A stretch of 32,000 nucleotides of DNA. Origin: Dehalococcoidia bacterium. GTDB taxonomy: Bacteria; Chloroflexota; Dehalococcoidia; Lucifugimonadales; JAGWBF01. Of the stretch, positions 25,569-32,000 are shown in pieces. Positions within the stretch are counted from its first letter, which is position 1. Each line of letters begins with the position of its first letter. The translations under genes and the position numbers were made by a program. The notes beneath the pieces were generated by a model. The model was not told where the DNA came from, ran no database searches, and saw only the letters and a list, made by a program, of their open reading frames with translations. The stretch is taken from positions 2,028,484 through 2,060,483 of the forward strand of contig CBDDBY010000005.1 of NCBI GenBank assembly GCA_965225925.1, written 5' to 3'.

Positions 25569-25597
25569 TTGACCCTTGATACGGGATATGTTAGATT
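25569..25597 (+). promoter_or_regulatory. Sigma70-like promoter candidate TTGACC-17-TAGATT for rnpB
   Basis: The hexamers end 5-6 nt before the first base of the predicted P1 stem of RNase P RNA. Confidence 0.5.
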
Positions 25598-25601
25598 TCA
25601 A

Positions 25602-26074
25602 GGGGGCCAGGTAGGCTGGGTGGCCGCTTCCCCGGACTCTGGGGGAGAGGAAAGTCCGGGCTCCACCGGGCAGGGTGCTGGGTAACGCCCAGGCTCCTCG
25701 ACGGTGTAAATCATTGTCGGGGAGACGGAAAGTGGCACAGAAACTATACCGCCAACGCACCCCGGGAAGGCCTGGAAGGAAGGGTTTAACCAGCTTTCCA
25801 TGATTTCTCGGGGTGCGTTGGTAAGGGTGAAATCGGGTGGTAAGAGCGCCCGGCCGGCCGTGGCGACACGGCGGTGGTCAAACCCCACCTGGAGCAAGGC
25901 CGAATAGGGGGACAATAGGCGCCCGGCCTGTCCCCGGGTTGGCCGCTCGAGTCCGGCGGCAACGCCGGACCTAGATAGATGGTCACCGTCCTGACGGCCA
26001 GCGGGGGGCCCACAGAGGCTCGCCATCTGACCGGCCAGGATACAGAACCCGGCTTATAGGCTTGCCTGGCCCCT
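25602..26074 (+). ncRNA. rnpB: RNase P RNA, bacterial type A
   Basis: Universally conserved blocks are present: GAGGAAAGTCCGGGCTCC (25647-25664) and ACAGAACCCGGCTTAT (26042-26057). So are GGTAAGGGTGAAA..GGTAAGAGCGC, GGAGCAAGGCCGAATAGGGG and CTAGATAGATGG, colinear with E. coli M1 RNA as I recall it. A 14-bp P1 stem pairs 25603-25616 with 26060-26073. Confidence 0.92.
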
Positions 26075-26115
26075 TCAGCTAAAACGGCCCCTAATTATCT
26101 AACCGGGGTGGCGTA

Positions 26116-26943
26116 TTGCCCAGAAATATCGTGTCGGATATGTTGAGGGAAGGCCTCTTCACCCGGGTGGTGGGAAGTAGAATCATATACTTCCAGCGAC
26201 TCACGTCCACCATGGACGAGGCGGTCCGCCGGGCTCGGGAGGGGGCCAAGGAGGGTCTGGTTGTCCTGGCCGAGGAACAGACAGCCGGCCGGGGCCGCTT
26301 TCAGCGCGCGTGGGTCTCCCAGCCGGGCAATCTCTACTTCTCCATATTGCTAAGGCCATCCCTGGATGGCTTGCAATACGTCAGTATCGTCTCCGCACTG
26401 GCGGTGGTGCGCGCCATCAGGAAAACCGCCGGCCTGAAGGCCACCATCAAGTGGCCAAACGATGTCAGAATAGGCGGCAAAAAAGTCTCCGGCGTCCTGG
26501 TGGAGAATTCGTTGCGGGCCAATAGCGTGGAACATGCTATAGTGGGGATCGGGTTGAACGTGGCCCTGGACCCTTCCATTACGGATGAGCTGGCCGGTAT
26601 CGCCACCAGCCTGAACTTAGAATCCGGCAGGACCATCAACCGGGAGGCTCTTCTGAAGCATATTCTTCAGGAGATGGACGGCCTATATAAGCTCCTCTCT
26701 CCGGACCGCGCATCATCCATTTCCGGGGCTGCAATTGGAGACGGCCTGGACATGGCAAAGGCAGAATGGCGGGGCCTTCTGGAGACAATAGGGAACCATG
26801 TGGAAGTGCGGTGGCAGGAGGAGATGTACAGGGGCTATGCCGAGAATGTGGACTCCGCCGGAAACCTTCTTTTAAGACTGGGGGATGGGACGTTGGCGAC
26901 CTTGCCGGCGGGTGAAGTGACATCGGCAATCGGTAAAGATTGA
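26116..26943 (+). CDS. birA: Biotin--[acetyl-CoA-carboxylase] ligase, group I (no N-terminal HTH), 275 aa
   Basis: Motifs GRGRFQRAWVSQPGNLYFS, KWPNDV and GKKVSGVLVE. The start is uncertain (TTG at 26116 or ATG at 26140). Confidence 0.85.
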   Translation: MPRNIVSDMLREGLFTRVVGSRIIYFQRLTSTMDEAVRRAREGAKEGLVVLAEEQTAGRGRFQRAWVSQPGNLYFSILLRPSLDGLQYVSIVSALAVVRAIRKTAGLKATIKWPNDVRIGGKKVSGVLVENSLRANSVEHAIVGIGLNVALDPSITDELAGIATSLNLESGRTINREALLKHILQEMDGLYKLLSPDRASSISGAAIGDGLDMAKAEWRGLLETIGNHVEVRWQEEMYRGYAENVDSAGNLLLRLGDGTLATLPAGEVTSAIGKD

Positions 26944-27770
26944 CTAGTTCAGGAGGACAGCGATTGCTGGAGCGGCTCAGCCTGGATGGGCATGTGGTAA
27001 TAGTCACAGGGGGCGGGACCGGCTTGGGGCGGGCCATGGTGATGGCTCTGGCCAGGGCTGGCGCCGAATTGGTGATTGCCGCCCGGAGGCAGGCTCCCAT
27101 TGACGAGGCCGTGGCCGAAGTAGAAGCCATGGGTGGAAAGGCTCTGGCCATCATTACGGATGTGTCGGACTCTGGCCAGGTGGACCGGATGGTGGCGGGC
27201 ACCCTGGAGCGATTCGGCAAGGTTGACGTGTTGATAAACAACGCTGGCAGGACCTCAGAGAATGTTCCCACGCCCATATGGGATGTCAGCGATGAGGAGT
27301 GGCAGGCCGGCATAGAGACAAATCTGAGCGGCGCCTTCTATTGCGCCCGGGCGGTATCCAAACACATGGTGGACCGGGGCAAAGGGAAGATCGTCAACGT
27401 GGCTTCAGGGCTGGGGATGAGGGGGATCAGGGACCTGTACGCCTATGCCTGCGGTAAAGGTGGCATGATACAGCTGACCAGGGCCTTGGCCATGAGCCTC
27501 GGCCGTCACGGCGTGACGGCTAACACCATCGTTCCGGGTTTCATTCCCACCAGGGGAGTGGACAAAATGAGGGACAACCTGCCCAGGTCCGGAGAGGTTA
27601 TACCCACCGGGCGGTTGGGCAAACCGGAGGACATCGGCCCCATTGCCGTTTTCCTGGCGTCACCTGCTTCGGACTACATGAACGGTGAGATAATCACCCT
27701 GGATGGAGGCGGCCTGGCCGGGGGATTCGCCCCCACGGGCCACTCACCGTTCATCTCAATCGAGCTGTAG
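26940..27770 (+). CDS. Classical SDR oxidoreductase (276 aa)
   Basis: Motifs TGGGTGLG, NNAG, a Ser in NVASG, and Y-A-C-G-K (YxxxK). The TTG start overlaps the birA stop (TTGA). Confidence 0.85.
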   Translation: MTSSGGQRLLERLSLDGHVVIVTGGGTGLGRAMVMALARAGAELVIAARRQAPIDEAVAEVEAMGGKALAIITDVSDSGQVDRMVAGTLERFGKVDVLINNAGRTSENVPTPIWDVSDEEWQAGIETNLSGAFYCARAVSKHMVDRGKGKIVNVASGLGMRGIRDLYAYACGKGGMIQLTRALAMSLGRHGVTANTIVPGFIPTRGVDKMRDNLPRSGEVIPTGRLGKPEDIGPIAVFLASPASDYMNGEIITLDGGGLAGGFAPTGHSPFISIEL

Positions 27771-27814
27771 CGATATCCTTCCCCCTCGACGGGGAAATTT
27801 TGGAGGAGGCTGAG

Positions 27815-28576
27815 TTGCCGGTCCCAGAAGAATATAGCCTGGCCGGTAAAGTGGCCCTTGTCGCCGGCGACGGCGGCGGGTTCACTCCTATTCTGGCCCA
27901 GGCGCTGGCCGAGGCCGGAGCGCGGATATTTGTGGTCTCCCCGACCCAGGCCATGATAGACGATGCCGCCCGCATGGTAGGGGATGTGGGTGGAGAAGCC
28001 GCCGGAACCGTGTGTGACAGCACCGACGAAAAGTCAGTGGATTCAGCGGTGGTGGAGGCCCTGGCCCGCTATGGACGGGTGGACGCACTGGTCAACAACT
28101 TCCGGACCGATTTCGCCAAACCCTTCGACGACGTGAGCCTTGGCGAGTTCGAGGAGGTGATGGACAGGAACCTGAAGCCGGTGTTCCTGGTCTGCCGGAG
28201 TGTGGGAAAGAGGATGGTGGAACAAAGATGGGGAAGGATAATTAACATAATATCTGGACTGGCGGAGAGGGGATTATGGAACTCGGCCGTCTACTGCGCC
28301 AGTCAGGGCGCCGTCCTCCAGCTGACCAGAGCCCTGGCCCTGGAATGGGCCAGGCACAACGTCCGGGTAAACGCCATCGGCACCGGCTGGTTCAGCCTGG
28401 AGGAGCCTGATCCCGAAGAGGCGCAAAAGGAGCTACTGGTACGTTACATTCCTCTGCGCCGAAGGGGGCATCCCAGGGATATCGCCCCGTTGCTGGTTTT
28501 CCTGGCCTCCGATGCCTGTGACTACACCACAGGCCAGCCCATCTATATTGACGGCGGCCTGATGGCCCATCCTTAA
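27815..28576 (+). CDS. SDR-fold protein with eroded cofactor/catalytic motifs
   Basis: The TTG at 27815 lies 5 nt after GGAGGAGG, while the track ORF opens at 27800. The SDR fold is evident, but the motifs read AGDGGGF (vs TGxxxGxG), NNFR (vs NNAG) and YCASQ (vs YxxxK). Confidence 0.75.
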   Translation: MPVPEEYSLAGKVALVAGDGGGFTPILAQALAEAGARIFVVSPTQAMIDDAARMVGDVGGEAAGTVCDSTDEKSVDSAVVEALARYGRVDALVNNFRTDFAKPFDDVSLGEFEEVMDRNLKPVFLVCRSVGKRMVEQRWGRIINIISGLAERGLWNSAVYCASQGAVLQLTRALALEWARHNVRVNAIGTGWFSLEEPDPEEAQKELLVRYIPLRRRGHPRDIAPLLVFLASDACDYTTGQPIYIDGGLMAHP

Positions 28577-28685
28577 CCGGGCGGCGGAATTCCGGTTCCT
28601 TCCCAGCCTGCGAAAGGCTCCTTCCAGTCGCCCAATCTATTTCCTGCACACCGCCTCTAGGTGTACAATAGCCCCGGTCAGACAG

Positions 28686-30122
28686 ATGAACAGGCTAAAT
28701 CGTCTTCAAGGAATGCGGGACCTACCCCAGGAGTTCTGGCTCCCACTCAAGGCAGCCCAGGACCGCTTGAGGGAAGTTTTTTTCCTCCACGGCTACCGGG
28801 TGCTGGAGACGCCGGTGCTTGAGGCGACGGAGCTATTCCTGCGCAAGTCCGGCGGGGAGCTGGCAGCCCGTTTGTACAGCTTCAGTGACCAGGGAGGGAA
28901 CCGGGTAAGTCTTCGACCGGAATATACCGCCTCTATACTCAGGCACTACCTGGAGCAGTCCGAACCTAGTCCCCTGCCGGTGCGGGTCCAGTATGCGGGA
29001 CCGGTTTTCCGCCACCAGGAGGATGGCTTCCTCGACAGGCAGTTCACCCAGGCCGGAGCCGAGCTTTTGGGCTCCTCGGACCCCAGGGCCGATGCCGAGA
29101 TACTGTCCCTTTGTTGCCACGCCCTATTGAGCCTTGGCCTGGACGGCCATCGTCTGGAAATTGGAGACATCGGAATCCCCCGCCGGATATTGGAATCCCT
29201 AGGCCTCTCCGAAAGGGCCATTGTGTTCATCCTAGGCAGCATTTCCGAGCTGGCAGAGGGGCCGGACGGGCTTGCCAAAGTGAAGGAAAGGGCGGAACAG
29301 CTGCGGCTCCTGGCCGCCGGCCCCCGGCAGACCGATCTGGGCGCGGCCATCCGGGAAATGGAAGAAAATAAAGCCAGAGAGCTGTTGCACGGCCTGCTGG
29401 AATGGGCCCAGGCGGGCTCTTTGGGGCAACGTGAGCCTACGGATATCGTGGAGAGGTTGCTGCGCAAGTTCCAGGGGAGCGATGACCCCGCCAGATTTCA
29501 GCAGGGGCTGGAAGTTGCCTATGAGCTGGCCGGTATAAATGGAGATGCCAAAGGTTGTCTCGAGGAGGCGGGTAAGCTCATCAAGTCTTATGACCTGGAC
29601 CCGTCGACAACGGACAGGCTGAGGAATGTGATGGGGCTCCTTGACGAAGTGCAGCCCTCCGGTACTACATTGGTCCTGGACTTCGGTCTGGCCAGGGGTC
29701 TCGCTTACTACACCGGCATCGTCTTCGAGATATGGCACCCCGCCAGTGACGTCTCCCTGGGAGGAGGCGGCAGGTACGACGGCCTGGCCAGGGCTCTGGG
29801 CAGTCACTCCGGCATCGCTGCTCTCGGCTTCGCCTACAATCTCGAACAGTTGGTGTACGCTCTTGAATCGGCGGGAAACCCGGCGAAGGGGGCCGATGAC
29901 GCAGGAGAGGGCGTGCTGGTGGTGGCGTCCGAGGCAACAGGTTACAAGGAAGGGCTCCTGCTGGCCCGGAAGCTGCGCAGCGAAGGGACCCCAGTGGAGA
30001 TGGATATGTGCGGCATGAACGTGGAGGAGAGCCTCTCCTACGCCAGAAGCAGAGGCATCGCCGAAGTGATCGTGGTGGACGGCGACGGGAATCCTACTAG
30101 CTATAAGCCTGGGGAGAGCTGA
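28686..30122 (+). CDS. Histidyl-tRNA synthetase paralogue, probably HisZ-like regulatory subunit (478 aa)
   Basis: HisRS blocks are present: GMRD, LRPEYTA, RGLAYY, GGGRYDGL, and a C-terminal anticodon-binding-like alpha/beta domain. Motif 2 reads FRHQEDGFLDRQFTQ, and motif 3 reads NLEQL instead of GLERL. The stop overlaps the hisG ATG (TGATG). Confidence 0.7.
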   Translation: MNRLNRLQGMRDLPQEFWLPLKAAQDRLREVFFLHGYRVLETPVLEATELFLRKSGGELAARLYSFSDQGGNRVSLRPEYTASILRHYLEQSEPSPLPVRVQYAGPVFRHQEDGFLDRQFTQAGAELLGSSDPRADAEILSLCCHALLSLGLDGHRLEIGDIGIPRRILESLGLSERAIVFILGSISELAEGPDGLAKVKERAEQLRLLAAGPRQTDLGAAIREMEENKARELLHGLLEWAQAGSLGQREPTDIVERLLRKFQGSDDPARFQQGLEVAYELAGINGDAKGCLEEAGKLIKSYDLDPSTTDRLRNVMGLLDEVQPSGTTLVLDFGLARGLAYYTGIVFEIWHPASDVSLGGGGRYDGLARALGSHSGIAALGFAYNLEQLVYALESAGNPAKGADDAGEGVLVVASEATGYKEGLLLARKLRSEGTPVEMDMCGMNVEESLSYARSRGIAEVIVVDGDGNPTSYKPGES

Positions 30123-31207
30123 TGCCTTCAGAACTCAATCGGTCGAGAGTTCTCCGCGGATCGGTGGAGACCACCCAAGAGTCCCAGGTGAGTGGCGGTA
30201 GCGAAGGGGAGCTTAGGCTGGTCCTGCCCAGCGACGGTGACCTCTACGAGCTGTCGTTGGACTTTCTGAGGTCCTGCGGCATCCCCGCGGCGAGGCCCAG
30301 CCCGCGTAGCTACACGGCCCGCATCCCCTCTCTGCCCCGCTCTATAGTGCTGTTCCAACGAACGGCGGACATCGCCGGGAAGGTTGAGGAGGGCAGCGCA
30401 GAGCTGGGAATAACCGGCCTGGACCGCTTCCTGGAGTTTCGAGAGGAAGCCAGCCCTGTGATTCCCATCATCGAGAACCTGGGGTTCGGCCACTGCGAGC
30501 TGGTGCTGGCGGTGCCCGATTCGTGGCTGGACGTAGTCTCCATGGATGACCTGGCGGACCTGGCCCTGGAGTTCAGGCAGAAGGGTCGACAGCTACGCAT
30601 CGCCACCAAGTACCCTCGGCTGGTCCGGGGTTATCTTTACCATAGTGGGATCAACTATTTTTCTCTAGTGCAGGCCAGCGGTACTTTGGAAGCGGCGCCG
30701 GCCGCCGGATATGCGGACCTTATCGCCGATCTTTCGGCCAGTGGGACGACCTTGCGGGAGAACCGGCTGAAGACCCTGGAGGATGGCGCCATCCTGGCCT
30801 CCCAGGCCTGCCTCATAGGTAACCCCAAACTCCTGAAGGCGGCGCCGTGGGGTCTGGAACTGGTCCGTCCCATGCTTGAGATTATGGAGGGGCGCCTGAG
30901 AGCCGGCTCTTTCTACCGCCTCACCGCCAACGTCAAAGGCCCGTCTCCTGAAGCAGTGGACTCCGGCATTCTCGCTAGACCCGGTCTGGCGGGGCTCCAG
31001 GGCCCGACGGTTTCCCGGGTATATAGCGCCGAAGGAGAAGACTGGTACGCCGTGAGTCTCCTGGTGCCCAGGGACAAGCTTCTGGATGCGGTGAACCACC
31101 TGCGACAGACGGGCGGGGTGGATATATCGGCTTCCCAGGTCAGCTATCTGTTTCAGGACCAGTGCGGGCCCTACCAAAAGATTGTTGATTCGCTGGACGG
31201 TGTTTGA
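30122..31207 (+). CDS. hisG: ATP phosphoribosyltransferase, long form with C-terminal regulatory domain (361 aa including an N-terminal extension of about 30 aa)
   Basis: The core begins LRLVLPSDGDLYELSLDFLRSCGI, with DLSASGTTLRENRL later. A HisG_C-like tail is present (YRLTANV...GLQGPTVSRV...WYAVSLLVPRDKLLDAVNHLRQTGGVDISASQV). GGGGAG SD lies 4 nt upstream of the ATG. Confidence 0.85.
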   Translation: MPSELNRSRVLRGSVETTQESQVSGGSEGELRLVLPSDGDLYELSLDFLRSCGIPAARPSPRSYTARIPSLPRSIVLFQRTADIAGKVEEGSAELGITGLDRFLEFREEASPVIPIIENLGFGHCELVLAVPDSWLDVVSMDDLADLALEFRQKGRQLRIATKYPRLVRGYLYHSGINYFSLVQASGTLEAAPAAGYADLIADLSASGTTLRENRLKTLEDGAILASQACLIGNPKLLKAAPWGLELVRPMLEIMEGRLRAGSFYRLTANVKGPSPEAVDSGILARPGLAGLQGPTVSRVYSAEGEDWYAVSLLVPRDKLLDAVNHLRQTGGVDISASQVSYLFQDQCGPYQKIVDSLDGV

Positions 31208-31208
31208 G

Positions 31209-31991
31209 GTGCCCAATCTGCCGACCCACTTAAGTCTTGCCTCCCAGGCGGCGCGCAGAATGGCCCACCCAACCATCGATAGCCATCTAGGCAGCTTCCT
31301 CTTGGGCTCAACCAGCCCGGACATCAGGATTCTCACCAAGGGCAAGAGGGATGATACGCATTTCGCGACCCTCCAGGTCCAGAGCATCGGCATAGGGGTG
31401 GCGGGTCTTTTCCATTCTTACCCTGCGATCGCCGACTCCTCTAAAGTGAGCGGCCCGACCAGGGCCTTTCTTTCGGGCTACCTCGTCCATCTGTTGGCCG
31501 ACGAAGCCTGGATCCTGGATATCTACCGTCCTTACTTCGACGACCCCCTGCTCTTTCCCGACCGGGTGCACGCCAACATCTCGGACAGGGCGCTCCAGCT
31601 GGACATGGACAGGGTGGCCAGGGAGGAGATGGGGGACATGGACCAGGTCCGCTCCTCCCTGGACGGCTCAGAATCGGGCGTGGTCCTGGGGTTCATCGGT
31701 CCCGAGACCTTGGGAGAGTGGAGAGAATGGGTGACGGAGTTCACCCGCTGGGCGTTCAGCTGGGAGCGGCTCCGCTTCGCCTCCCGGAGGATGTACCGGG
31801 ATGATGCAGGGGCCATGGAGCGGGTGGAGGGGTTCCTCCAGGGTATGCCCGGCAGCCTGGCGCGGCTATATGATAAGATACCGGATGGTACTATCGAGGC
31901 GTACCACGAGACGGTAATCGGGGAATCGGTACGGTTTATCAAGGAGTACCTAGGTGCGTCTGAACGTGATAAAGGGGCTGGACCAGGCTAA
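31209..31991 (+). CDS. Conserved hypothetical protein, possibly zinc-dependent phospholipase C-like metal hydrolase fold
   Basis: The GTG at 31209 lies just after the hisG stop, while the track ORF opens at 31182 inside hisG. The N-terminal PNLPTHLSLA...LGSTSPDI and HLLADEAW patterns loosely resemble that family. The function call is weak. Confidence 0.5.
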   Translation: MPNLPTHLSLASQAARRMAHPTIDSHLGSFLLGSTSPDIRILTKGKRDDTHFATLQVQSIGIGVAGLFHSYPAIADSSKVSGPTRAFLSGYLVHLLADEAWILDIYRPYFDDPLLFPDRVHANISDRALQLDMDRVAREEMGDMDQVRSSLDGSESGVVLGFIGPETLGEWREWVTEFTRWAFSWERLRFASRRMYRDDAGAMERVEGFLQGMPGSLARLYDKIPDGTIEAYHETVIGESVRFIKEYLGASERDKGAGPG

Positions 31992-32000
31992 AGGGGAGCT

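Noticed and set aside
1-32000. CRISPR arrays, tRNA/rRNA genes, prophage or defence-system genes
   Set aside because: I found no regularly spaced direct repeats and no tRNA-like T-arm/acceptor patterns in the intergenic gaps. No nuclease, helicase or methylase type ORFs were seen. Every sizeable ORF is accounted for by metabolic or housekeeping families or by the IS.

Overview
High-GC, densely coding bacterial chromosomal window with about 31 protein genes, one RNase P RNA and one insertion sequence. GGAGG-type Shine-Dalgarno sites are strong, and TTG/GTG starts are frequent. Left third (74-11561) is a paralogue-rich redox/hydrolase cluster. It holds a stand-alone Rieske ferredoxin and five luciferase-like (LLM, flavin/F420-type) oxidoreductases: two on the minus strand and three in tandem on the plus strand. 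It also holds three paralogous alpha/beta hydrolases, a beta-lactamase-fold serine hydrolase, a VOC/glyoxalase-fold protein, and an FMN-dependent alpha-hydroxy-acid oxidase-like gene with a SHOCT tail. Middle (11891-16180) has 2-oxoacid dehydrogenase E1alpha-E1beta-E2 genes plus lipB, with no E3. Next come an AT-richer SigZ-type ECF sigma factor, a Cys-rich DUF2703 protein and a quinone oxidoreductase. After those is a BNR/Asp-box propeller gene, inactivated by an IS1380-family insertion and by a Trp-to-stop mutation. Then come an LmbE/PIG-L deacetylase and a CysRS-GT2 fusion gene. Right third has a COG1579 zinc-ribbon protein, rnpB (type A, long), birA, two SDRs (the second with eroded catalytic motifs), a HisRS-like/HisZ-like gene coupled to a long-form hisG, and a conserved hypothetical. 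No CRISPR array, tRNA or rRNA was recognised. The best candidate for something undescribed is the CysRS-GT2 fusion with the adjacent LmbE-type deacetylase. Together they carry the three chemistries of mycothiol/bacillithiol-type thiol synthesis in a new architecture. The taxon cannot be determined here; the LLM/F420-type paralogue swarm is reminiscent of Chloroflexota or Actinomycetota. All homology calls come from motif recognition by eye, not from searches.
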